A stretch of DNA of 34,421 nt, taken from the sequence record DRR723986_18359; one strand, 5' to 3'. The position numbers and the translations under genes were made by a program. A model generated the notes under the pieces. That model saw only the letters and a list, made by a program, of their open reading frames with translations. It was not told where the DNA came from and ran no database searches. This document shows positions 26,390 to 34,421 of the stretch, in pieces. Position 1 is the stretch's first letter; each line of letters opens with the position of its first letter.

Positions 26390-26415
26390 AGACGCAAATG
26401 GTATGCCAAAGGTTG
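26390..26415 (-). promoter_or_regulatory. Putative ECF-sigma promoter (CAACC-N16-CGTCT)
   Basis: Minus strand reads CAACCtttggcataccatttgCGTCT upstream of the gene at 26305. It resembles 1535-1559. Confidence 0.5.
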
Positions 26416-26473
26416 ACCGAATATATAAAATTTATTTTTGTGTAGTTTTAAAAAATTAACAGTAACTATTACA

Positions 26474-27076
26474 ATGTTAAAGAAGAATTATTCAAAAAAT
26501 AAAATTGAAGCTGGCTGTGATGAAGCTGGTAGGGGATGTTTGGCAGGTCCAGTAGTTGCGGCAGCAGTGATTTTGCCGTCAAATTTTAAACACCCTTTAT
26601 TGAATGACTCTAAAAAAATGACAGAAAAGCAAAGAGAGTTGTTGTTTCCAGTGATTAAAAAAGAAGCACTGGCCTATGGAGTTGGGATAGTTACTAATGA
26701 GGAGATAGACAAAATAAATATTCTAAATGCGTCTTTTTTAGCCATGCACCGAGCTGTAGATTTGTTGGGAACAAGGCCAGAGCTGTTGCTTATTGATGGC
26801 AATAGGTTTAATCCCTATAATGGAGTGGAGCATGTTTGTATAGTGAAAGGAGATTCGAAATATTTGTCAATTGCAGCTGCCTCAGTATTAGCAAAAGTCA
26901 CCAGAGATGAATTTATGAATAAGGCCGCTGCAAAGCATGATGGCTACGATTGGGAAAACAATAAAGGTTATCCCACTAAGAAACACCGGTTGGCTATAAA
27001 AAAATTCGGTACCACTGAATTACACCGAATGAGTTTTAATCTTCTAGGAGAAAATCAATTAAAACTGGATATATAA
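26474..27076 (+). CDS. rnhB: Ribonuclease HII
   Basis: AGCDEAGRGCLAGPVVAAAVIL, LNDSKK, LIDGN, KGDSKYLSIAAASVLAKVTRD and NKGYPT. ATG at 26474 is preferred. Confidence 0.97.
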   Translation: MLKKNYSKNKIEAGCDEAGRGCLAGPVVAAAVILPSNFKHPLLNDSKKMTEKQRELLFPVIKKEALAYGVGIVTNEEIDKINILNASFLAMHRAVDLLGTRPELLLIDGNRFNPYNGVEHVCIVKGDSKYLSIAAASVLAKVTRDEFMNKAAAKHDGYDWENNKGYPTKKHRLAIKKFGTTELHRMSFNLLGENQLKLDI

Positions 27077-27150
27077 GTTCACAATATACTGTGTATATTC
27101 TTTGAATCTATGCACTAAATATGAGCGAATTCAGCCTTAGTTTTGCAAGG

Positions 27151-29448
27151 ATGAATAAAAGGTCGTTCATATTGAGGTCTATTTTAACTGGAATTGCAAT
27201 TTGTTTATTCGGATACCTAGCCTATTATTTGTATACCAAACAAGAGGTTAAACTCGACTATTCATCATTTCAACTAGAAGAGGCAAAGGCGTCCGTATTT
27301 ATTCCGGATGTGAATAAGTTTATCTCAAAAATTGGTTCCAACTCGCACCCCGCAATTGCTGAGCTGCCAGATCCAATTCAGATCGCTTTCAACACATTGA
27401 AAGCAAATGAAGATTTCGATTTTAATCAGGCAATTAATAAATCGCTCTTCTTATCATATTCAACTACGGATTATCTGATCGTTGTGAAATCCACGTCTTC
27501 AGTTAGTAGTTATGTTAAAGAAATAAATAGCTCTTTTCAAGCAGAAGCGCAATTAACTGATGATCAATTTAAAATAGGAGAGCATAGTTTTTATGTAGGT
27601 TATTTTGGGAATTTTATTTGCTTTTCTACTGCTGCTTTTGAACCGAATAAGACTCAGCGGTTTTTTGAATACGGAAATGCTGATTATGTCGTGCTGAATT
27701 CAATTGATAGCACTGTTACACGACATGTTTTATCTAAGAAGTATCATTTTGCGGTTACAGAAGAAGACGGTTTTAATTTGCTTGGACGTCCAGTTTCTGC
27801 AAGAGCGTATGTAAATGTTTGCCCATCAGATTTCGATCAGATGAGGTTTTATGGTAGTTCTCGAATGAGGGAAGACGTGGACGCATTTTTTAAAAAAAAT
27901 GAAGATGAGAGTTTTGTTTGGTTAGATGATGGCTTGGTTTATTTAAAAAAAGATTCGTTCGAATTAATTATTGCTAGACAAGGATTGGAGCGAGATTTGG
28001 ATTTAATTTTACAGGAACAAACTTTGGAATTGTCGGGAGATTCAGCTGGCTTGAATTATTTTAACATTGGGAAGTTTAAGATATTGCCATTCAAAACTGA
28101 GTTTGCTTGGTCGGCATCAATTGAGGATCTTCAGGATCAACTTGAATATTACACTGAGTTTGAAGATTTCAATATAATGTCCAATTCAATTCCAGCTATG
28201 CGTTGGTATTTAGGGCAAATTCAGTTAGGTAATCTTTTCGAATCGAACAAACAAAATCTTGCGTTTTTCAATGATTGCCTTCCCTCTAAAGTTCACTATT
28301 TTGCCTTAACAAAAAATGATTCAAGTTTTACTTGTGTCAGTGAAATCAGCCAATTTTCAGGTAAGTCATTAATTACCAATGTGGATGCTGTGAGTTTCAC
28401 TCCTACTGCGGTTGGAACGGAAGTGCTTCATGACTTTAGTTTGTCAATTATTCCAACAAAAATTCAAGTATTTGAATCAAATGGTCAAGAATCTATACTT
28501 GCAAATAACGCGAATAACGTGACTCTTTGCTCTGTGGAAGGAGAAAAGAAATGGCAACTGAAGCTTTCATCTAATTTGGTTCAAATTCCACAATTGGTCG
28601 ATTTTAACAATGATGGCATCAATGAATTTGTGCTATTTCAAAAAGATCAGATTGATGTAGTAGATTGGTTTGGTAAGCCGTTAACAGGTTTCCCAGTGAA
28701 ATTGAATGGTGAATCGAAGGTGGGATTAGCAGTAAACTACGACATGGCCTTTAATTACAGGTTGATAGTGAATCAAGGAAACAAGGTAAAAGTCTACAGT
28801 GAAAAAGGGGAGAATGTTGATGGCTGGATGTTTGATCAGATGTCGGGGCAACTAGAAGGTAAAATTTATCATGTCTTAACAGAGGGAAAAGATATAATAA
28901 CCTTTAAGGATGTCAACAATCAGCAGTACGTGCTGAACAGAAGAGGAGAGTCGAGAGTAGATCACGAGATTAAATTCAAATTACAAAATGAAACCGATTT
29001 TGTCGTTGGGGGAATGGCAAATTCTTTAAGAAAGCATGGGTTTAAAAATGGACATATCTATACCTACTATTTGCTAGATGGAGAATTAGACTCTGTGAAA
29101 GTTGATCAGACTATCAATCCTGTTAAAATTCACTGGGAATACAATAATGGTAAACCATTGATGATTGCTGAAGAAACCGGAAGATTGCTGATTGTAGATG
29201 AATTCGGGTATGTTAAAAGTGAAGTACTTAAACCTCAAGCGTCTAGCGCCTTTGTTGGCCTGTTAGGTGACCAAGACTATGGGTTTGTTTTTGCAGATAA
29301 TTCTCAGAATAGTATATATTTGTTAAACAACTACGGAAAAATGCTACTGCCGATTGCTGTAAACGGTTCATCAGTAAGTGCAATTTATGGTGATTTGCTT
29401 TACACCTTTTCCGGTACGAATATTAAAGCTTACCAAATAAGTAAATGA
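27151..29448 (+). CDS. Membrane-anchored hypothetical protein with C-terminal beta-propeller-like region
   Basis: N-terminal TM anchor and an FG-GAP-like DFNNDGINEFV...GFPVKL motif. A TAGTTTTG box at 27138-27145 favours ATG 27151 over 27121. Confidence 0.75.
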   Translation: MNKRSFILRSILTGIAICLFGYLAYYLYTKQEVKLDYSSFQLEEAKASVFIPDVNKFISKIGSNSHPAIAELPDPIQIAFNTLKANEDFDFNQAINKSLFLSYSTTDYLIVVKSTSSVSSYVKEINSSFQAEAQLTDDQFKIGEHSFYVGYFGNFICFSTAAFEPNKTQRFFEYGNADYVVLNSIDSTVTRHVLSKKYHFAVTEEDGFNLLGRPVSARAYVNVCPSDFDQMRFYGSSRMREDVDAFFKKNEDESFVWLDDGLVYLKKDSFELIIARQGLERDLDLILQEQTLELSGDSAGLNYFNIGKFKILPFKTEFAWSASIEDLQDQLEYYTEFEDFNIMSNSIPAMRWYLGQIQLGNLFESNKQNLAFFNDCLPSKVHYFALTKNDSSFTCVSEISQFSGKSLITNVDAVSFTPTAVGTEVLHDFSLSIIPTKIQVFESNGQESILANNANNVTLCSVEGEKKWQLKLSSNLVQIPQLVDFNNDGINEFVLFQKDQIDVVDWFGKPLTGFPVKLNGESKVGLAVNYDMAFNYRLIVNQGNKVKVYSEKGENVDGWMFDQMSGQLEGKIYHVLTEGKDIITFKDVNNQQYVLNRRGESRVDHEIKFKLQNETDFVVGGMANSLRKHGFKNGHIYTYYLLDGELDSVKVDQTINPVKIHWEYNNGKPLMIAEETGRLLIVDEFGYVKSEVLKPQASSAFVGLLGDQDYGFVFADNSQNSIYLLNNYGKMLLPIAVNGSSVSAIYGDLLYTFSGTNIKAYQISK
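29290..29322 (+). promoter_or_regulatory. Putative internal Bacteroidota promoter (TTTG-N21-TATATTTG) for the DUF5723-OmpA gene
   Basis: TTTG at 29290-29293 and TATATTTG at 29315-29322, about 130 nt before ATG 29450. Confidence 0.45.
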
Positions 29449-29449
29449 C

Positions 29450-32056
29450 ATGAAAAAATTATTACTCAGTTTAAGTTGCCTTACTTTGATCTGTTCAAGT
29501 TCTGCCTTAGCGCAAGACTTTCTTGGGTTTAGACAAAGTAATTATTCAGGTGTTTCGGGTGGAGATTTTAATCCAGCGAGCATTGGAGATAACAGATTTA
29601 TTGTGGATGTAACGCTTGGAGGCTTTTCAAATTCAACGTACAATGATCACCTCTACTTTAATACAAGGCTAATGCCTTATTGGTGGTCTCAGTCTTTTGA
29701 TGATACCGATCAAAAGGTGCAAGACTGGCAAAATGCTCCAAATTACGATAAAATAATTCCTGCTGATTCAACGGCATATTATAAAGGAATAGGGCAAGGT
29801 AACTTCTTTACTTTTGCAAATCCAGATAGAAAACCGAGAACTGCATTCAGTAGTACAAATGTGGACATCTTAAATGTGATGGTATCTATTAACAGAAAGT
29901 ACGGAATGGCGGTTAGTTTAGGTGTGAAGAGTAGAACCATGTTGAACGTGGATCATTTAGCTCCAGAATTATTGGAATTAGCGCAAAATAGCTTGGATGT
30001 CCCTGATTTATGGAACTTAGATTTAAGTAATCAATTGTTGAATATGTCATTCAATAGTTGGATGGAGTACAACGCTGGTTTCGCCATGACGGTGATGGAT
30101 AAAAATGAACACTTTATCAAGGCCGGAATAAAATTAAAATTCTTGCAAGGTTTAGGCTCATTTTATATGTATACTGATGAAGTGAATTATAACTTCTTAA
30201 ATGCTGATACGGCCAATGCTGTACAAGGTAACTTCAATTACGGTTATTCAAGAAATATTGATACTTATTATGATTCTGGTAACTCGCAATACGTTGGTGG
30301 TTCAGGCCCTGATTCGTCTTTAACATTTAATGATGTCTACCAATTGCACTCTAAATTAGGATTAGGTGTTGATCTTGGATTTGTTTATGAGTGGCGTCCA
30401 AAATGGAAAGATTATAAATACGACATGGATGGGGAAACTGATTTATGGAGAAGAGATAAAAATAAGTATTTATTGAAAGTGAATTTTGCTTTGAATGATA
30501 TTGGAGGGATGACTTACTTGAAATCTGATAACAGTAGAGATTTCAACGTTACCGCTTCAGTTCTAGATTTGGCTCAATTTAATGATACACAGAGTTTAGA
30601 AGACTTTAATTCAAATGTTGACACCTTATTGTCAGATCCTCAAAACGGTTCATTCAATCAAGATGATGATGGTGAATTTTACATGAACCTCCCAACACAC
30701 ATGAATCTAGGAGTGGATTGGAATATTTGGAATGACTTTTATTTACAATTCAATTCAATGATTGGGTTCCAAATGAATAAAGATGCGCACAAGGTAAGAT
30801 ATCCTACAAGTTTCTCTTTAACTCCAAGATATGACTTCATGTGGGCAGGATTATCTGTACCAGTTTCATACTCTGGAATCTATGGATTGAGAGCAGGTTT
30901 AGGATTAAGAATGGGGCCGATCATTGTAGGTGTAGGTGACATGAAATGGTTATTTGCTCCAAGAAAAGACAAGGACGTGAGAGGAGCAGATATTTATGCA
31001 GCCTTAAAAGTGCCAATTCTATATACTCATCCTAAAGATGTTGATCAAGATAAAGTTTCTGATAAAGTTGATTTATGTGTTGAAACTCCTGGTGTTTGGG
31101 AGTTTATGGGTTGTCCTGATACGGATGGTGATGGAATTCAAGATTCTGAAGATGCTTGTCCTACGGAGGCTGGTCCTAAAGAATTCCAAGGATGTCCGGA
31201 TAGAGATGGAGATAAAATCATTGATAAAAATGACCAATGTCCGGATGATGCTGGTTTAGCAGAATTCAACGGATGTCCTGATACAGATGGAGACAGAATT
31301 ATCGATAAAAATGATGATTGTCCAGATGTTGCAGGTTTAGAGTTGTTTAACGGATGTCCAGATACGGATGGTGACGGATTGAAAGATTCTGATGACTTAT
31401 GTCCAGAAGTTGCTGGTCCTAAAGAAAACCAAGGCTGTCCTGATACAGATAATGATGGAATCTTTGATTACTTAGATGCTTGTCCAACAGAAGCTGGACC
31501 AGAAGAAAATAGAGGATGTCCATGGCCAGATACTGATGGTGATGGTTTATTAGATAAAGATGATAAGTGTCCATACAATGCAGGTCCTCCTGAAAATGAC
31601 GGTTGTCCTTATACCGATACTGATGGAGATGGTGTAATTGATAAAGAAGATGAATGTGTGAATACTCCTGGTCCTGTTGAGAACAAAGGATGTCCAGTAG
31701 TAGATGTTGAAATCTTGAAGAGAGCGTTTGACGCACTTCAGTTTGAAACTGCAAAAGCAATCATCAAAGAAGAGTCTAAAGCTTCATTAGAGGATCTTGC
31801 TAAGTATTTAGTGGATAATCCAGAGTTTAGATTGAAGATTGCAGGTCACACAGATAGTCAAGGTGCTGCACAAGCTAACTTAATCTTATCTAAGAAACGT
31901 GCCGAAGCGGTAAGAGACTTCTTAGAATCAAGAGGAGTTGCTGCAGATCGTATGATTGTTCAATACTTCGGAGAGGAGCAGCCAATTGCTACGAATGACA
32001 CTCCTGAAGGAAGAGAGCAAAACAGACGTGTTGAAATGGACGTGATCTTCGAATAG
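29450..32056 (+). CDS. DUF5723 outer-membrane barrel + thrombospondin type-3 repeats + OmpA_C protein
   Basis: Signal peptide (ALA|QD), SNYSGV...FNPASI, GLGVDLGFVYEWRP, eight DxDxD...D..D.C repeats, and OmpA motifs GHTDS, LSKKRAEAV and NRRVE. Confidence 0.88.
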   Translation: MKKLLLSLSCLTLICSSSALAQDFLGFRQSNYSGVSGGDFNPASIGDNRFIVDVTLGGFSNSTYNDHLYFNTRLMPYWWSQSFDDTDQKVQDWQNAPNYDKIIPADSTAYYKGIGQGNFFTFANPDRKPRTAFSSTNVDILNVMVSINRKYGMAVSLGVKSRTMLNVDHLAPELLELAQNSLDVPDLWNLDLSNQLLNMSFNSWMEYNAGFAMTVMDKNEHFIKAGIKLKFLQGLGSFYMYTDEVNYNFLNADTANAVQGNFNYGYSRNIDTYYDSGNSQYVGGSGPDSSLTFNDVYQLHSKLGLGVDLGFVYEWRPKWKDYKYDMDGETDLWRRDKNKYLLKVNFALNDIGGMTYLKSDNSRDFNVTASVLDLAQFNDTQSLEDFNSNVDTLLSDPQNGSFNQDDDGEFYMNLPTHMNLGVDWNIWNDFYLQFNSMIGFQMNKDAHKVRYPTSFSLTPRYDFMWAGLSVPVSYSGIYGLRAGLGLRMGPIIVGVGDMKWLFAPRKDKDVRGADIYAALKVPILYTHPKDVDQDKVSDKVDLCVETPGVWEFMGCPDTDGDGIQDSEDACPTEAGPKEFQGCPDRDGDKIIDKNDQCPDDAGLAEFNGCPDTDGDRIIDKNDDCPDVAGLELFNGCPDTDGDGLKDSDDLCPEVAGPKENQGCPDTDNDGIFDYLDACPTEAGPEENRGCPWPDTDGDGLLDKDDKCPYNAGPPENDGCPYTDTDGDGVIDKEDECVNTPGPVENKGCPVVDVEILKRAFDALQFETAKAIIKEESKASLEDLAKYLVDNPEFRLKIAGHTDSQGAAQANLILSKKRAEAVRDFLESRGVAADRMIVQYFGEEQPIATNDTPEGREQNRRVEMDVIFE
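31037..31696 (+). repeat. Eight ~27-aa TSP3-like Ca-binding coding repeats
   Basis: Units such as DTDGDGIQDSEDACPTEAGPKEFQGCP repeated eight times. Confidence 0.9.
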
Positions 32057-32076
32057 GGAATAAATGAATAAAATAC

Positions 32077-32109
32077 AAGGTGTGTTGAGAAATCAACACA
32101 CCTTTTTTT
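32077..32109 (+). terminator. Rho-independent terminator
   Basis: aaggtgtgttga-gaaa-tcaacacacctt followed by a T-run. Confidence 0.88.
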
Positions 32110-32157
32110 GTGCCTTATCGTCTTTTTTGACTTATATTTAAAAGAGAAAATTGATCT

Positions 32158-32904
32158 ATGCGAATTCTAATTTTTTGTTGTGTTACTTTACTTTTTTCAT
32201 GCAATGGTGAGAGGACATTGGACATATCCAAAGAAGAAATTGATGAGTATGTAGCTGAATGTTTAGATACAGCTCTCATTTATGACATCATTGTAGGACC
32301 TCGCTATTCAAGAGAAGATGAGAGTTATCACGTTACGCAATATTCACAATACGACACTACCATATTGTATGCTACTGAAGAATTCTCAAAAGAATCTTCA
32401 TGTAGAATGAATGTCTTTTATAAAGAAGATTTGCCAGTTTTTGTAGAAGAATATATCACAGAATATAATGAAAGCTCTACTGAGTCAATTGAACGAAAAA
32501 TATATCTTAACGGAAGGGATATCATTCACTCAGAAGAACGAAAGTCGCTTAATGAATATGAAATTGATCAAGTAAAGTTTAGTCAAGTTGACCTTAATCG
32601 AGATGACTATGACTTAGATAAACCAGCAAATGCTCTTTATCAAGAGAACGAATTTGAGATGCAGTTTAGCGAGTTTTTAATTATCAATCCAGAATCATAT
32701 CTCATTTTAAAAAATCCTAAAAGTGGTTATAGTGTAGCACTTTACATCTTAAAAGGAGATGATATGCTGGATGAATTATATGCTAAACCCAATCAGTATA
32801 AAGGAAAAACCGTTCGTTTTGATTATGAATTTGCGAATATGAACGGTATAGAAAGATTGATTTATAAAGGTGTTGAAATTAAAAAAGTTCAAGACCCGTC
32901 TTAG
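32158..32904 (+). CDS. Putative lipoprotein of unknown function
   Basis: Lipobox LLFS|C after a short hydrophobic leader; acidic mature region. Confidence 0.75.
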   Translation: MRILIFCCVTLLFSCNGERTLDISKEEIDEYVAECLDTALIYDIIVGPRYSREDESYHVTQYSQYDTTILYATEEFSKESSCRMNVFYKEDLPVFVEEYITEYNESSTESIERKIYLNGRDIIHSEERKSLNEYEIDQVKFSQVDLNRDDYDLDKPANALYQENEFEMQFSEFLIINPESYLILKNPKSGYSVALYILKGDDMLDELYAKPNQYKGKTVRFDYEFANMNGIERLIYKGVEIKKVQDPS

Positions 32905-33350
32905 TTTTCTTCTATTGTGAGTGAGGTAATTTTCTTTGAACCTCCGTTAGTCTTACTGTTTATTGTTACTCTATAAACTTTTGAAGCACTGAGTTCCCCT
33001 ATGAAGTATTCACTTTGTCCTGATTTGCCTTTATGAACAATTTTAAAGTCATTCGGTTTATGCGTAGCGAAAAAGGTTTTTAAGATCTGTTCCGCCTGAG
33101 ACTTTGAATATAAGTCTTCTTTACCATCAATGGATAAATCTACGTTTTCACTAAAATGACTAGCTATTTTATCGGCATTACCCGCTTTGAATGCAGCAAC
33201 CATTTTTGATTCAAATGATACCTGCTGAAGCAAGCTTGTTTCTTCTCGAACAATTGGGTCGTATTCAACATGAGCAAATTCTGGCTCGGCAGGTTGTGCG
33301 AAGGCCATACCATTAATCAAAAGGGCGATAAATAGAACGTAATTTTTCAT
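32901..33350 (-). CDS. DUF4783 domain-containing secreted protein
   Basis: AFKAGNADKIASHFSENVDLSI...YSKSQAEQILKTFF...F.IVHKG. ATG at 33350 (MKNYVLF...AFA|QP) avoids overlap with rlmH. Confidence 0.85.
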   Translation of the reverse strand: MKNYVLFIALLINGMAFAQPAEPEFAHVEYDPIVREETSLLQQVSFESKMVAAFKAGNADKIASHFSENVDLSIDGKEDLYSKSQAEQILKTFFATHKPNDFKIVHKGKSGQSEYFIGELSASKVYRVTINSKTNGGSKKITSLTIEEN

Positions 33351-33425
33351 CTGCAATAATTTCAACTTATTTGTTATAAATTTATCCTGGATTCTGCAAA
33401 AACTGAGCCAGAAAAATCTAATCGC

Positions 33426-33899
33426 GTGAAGATAAAGATAATCGTAATAGGTAAAACCCACAAAAAATTCTTGGTTGAGGGTGAAAATGAATACTTGAAT
33501 CGCATTCAACATTATATCCAAGTTGAGAAAATAGAGATCCCCGATTTAAAAAAAGCCAAGCACTTGTCCGAGTCGCAGATTAAAGATCAAGAAGGACAGT
33601 TAATATTGAATAAAATCGACAGTTCAGATTGGGTAGTTTTGTTAGATGAAAAAGGCAAACAATATGGTTCGGTAGAGTTCTCGAAATGGAATCAAGAAAG
33701 AATGAATCGTGGATTGAAACAGATAACCTTTGTTGTTGGAGGACCGTATGGGTTTAGTGATGAGGTTTATGCGCGAGCTAATGAAAAAATAAGTTTGTCG
33801 AAAATGACATTTAGCCACCAAATGATACGTATGTTCTTTATTGAGCAATTGTATCGGGCATTTACTATTCTCAAAAATGAGCCTTATCATCATCAATAG
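33426..33899 (+). CDS. rlmH: 23S rRNA (pseudouridine1915-N3)-methyltransferase RlmH
   Basis: MKIKIIVIGKT...LLDEKGKQYGSVEFS...FVVGGPYGFS...SLSKMTFSHQMIR...EQLYRAFTILKNEPYHH. GTG start. Confidence 0.97.
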   Translation: MKIKIIVIGKTHKKFLVEGENEYLNRIQHYIQVEKIEIPDLKKAKHLSESQIKDQEGQLILNKIDSSDWVVLLDEKGKQYGSVEFSKWNQERMNRGLKQITFVVGGPYGFSDEVYARANEKISLSKMTFSHQMIRMFFIEQLYRAFTILKNEPYHHQ

Positions 33900-33901
33900 C
33901 T

Positions 33902-34420
33902 ATGGTTGAAGTAGGAATAATAGATTGGGGTATTTGGTTGGTTTACTTTGCCATCATTTTTCTGACTTTGTTCATTTATAAAAATTCAAAATCTAACCCT
34001 GAACATTATTCTAATTTTATCAATGGCTTTCTGGTTCGAGCAATTGGGGGAGTGGCATTTGTATATGTTTACATCTACTATTACGGTTTCGGTGACACAT
34101 TTTTATATTTTAAAGGTGCTAGAGAGTTATCAAATGCCATGATTTCTGAGCCTACAGAGTATTTTAGATTGATCTTTTCAGAAAATGGCAATCTTCCAGC
34201 TGATTTAGGGGAGTACGCCACTGTAATTCCGTATTCACGAACCGCTGAAGAGTGGTTCATGGTTAAATTATTGTCACCACTTACCTTAATATCTTTTAAT
34301 TCGTATTTGGTGACTACTTTATTTGTTTCGCTCATTGCATTCTATGGAAGCTGGAAGATATATCTCGTATTTAAAGATCTATGGCCGGATGGAAAAACAT
34401 ATGTTTTTCTAGCTGTTTTT
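33902..34420 (+). CDS. Multi-TM membrane protein, partial; probably associated with polysaccharide biosynthesis (GT-C/Wzy-like)
   Basis: Not in the ORF track because it runs off the window. MVEVGIIDWGIWLVYFAIIFL...YIYYYGFGDTFLYF... is open to the end, and a YYGxGDT loop follows the TM helices. Confidence 0.7.
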   Translation, partial: MVEVGIIDWGIWLVYFAIIFLTLFIYKNSKSNPEHYSNFINGFLVRAIGGVAFVYVYIYYYGFGDTFLYFKGARELSNAMISEPTEYFRLIFSENGNLPADLGEYATVIPYSRTAEEWFMVKLLSPLTLISFNSYLVTTLFVSLIAFYGSWKIYLVFKDLWPDGKTYVFLAVF

Positions 34421-34421
34421 T

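Noticed and set aside
31037-31760. Periodic DNA and alternative-frame ORFs 31038-31259 and 31419-31760
   Set aside because: Explained by the TSP3 coding repeats of the OmpA-family gene.
33351-33521. N-terminal extension of the DUF4783 ORF given in the track
   Set aside because: It overlaps rlmH on the opposite strand, and the signal peptide begins at ATG 33350.
33426-33899. rlmH as an integration hotspot (orfX/SCC-like)
   Set aside because: That behaviour is established for staphylococci. No recombinase or att-like repeat is seen here, and the next gene starts 2 nt downstream.
34081-34335. Minus-strand 84-aa track ORF
   Set aside because: It is antisense to the longer plus-strand membrane-protein frame starting at 33902.

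Overview
AT-rich chromosomal window from a Bacteroidota genome, most likely Flavobacteriales. The assignment rests on T9SS genes, TAnnTTTG -7 promoter boxes and about ten signal peptides followed by Gln at +1. The left 19 kb is one co-oriented minus-strand block lying downstream of tRNA-Asp. In transcription order it encodes a soluble GAF-PAS histidine kinase, a soluble REC-PAS-PAS-HK-REC-Hpt hybrid kinase, three stand-alone receiver proteins (one degenerate), two SiaC/DUF1987 proteins, a T9SS type-B-CTD surface protein (DUF2341 + LamG-like + nine ~81-aa repeats), a PorP/SprF barrel, an atypical PorE-like OmpA protein, an unknown secreted protein, a beta-propeller/Y_Y_Y/SpoIIE membrane phosphatase, and a partial Cys-rich multi-PKD protein that the ORF track missed. 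This block is the best candidate for an undescribed system: Sia-like Ser/Thr partner switching plus a His-Asp phosphorelay attached to a dedicated T9SS adhesin cassette, with no SiaB kinase, diguanylate cyclase or DNA-binding output in the window. The right 15 kb is mostly core Bacteroidota content: DUF58, a Zn-ribbon protein, yidD, DUF2306, dsbD, rnhB, a DUF5723-TSP3-OmpA protein, DUF4783, rlmH and a partial polysaccharide-type membrane protein. No CRISPR, integrase, transposase or phage genes were seen. All domain calls come from motif recognition by eye, not database searches.
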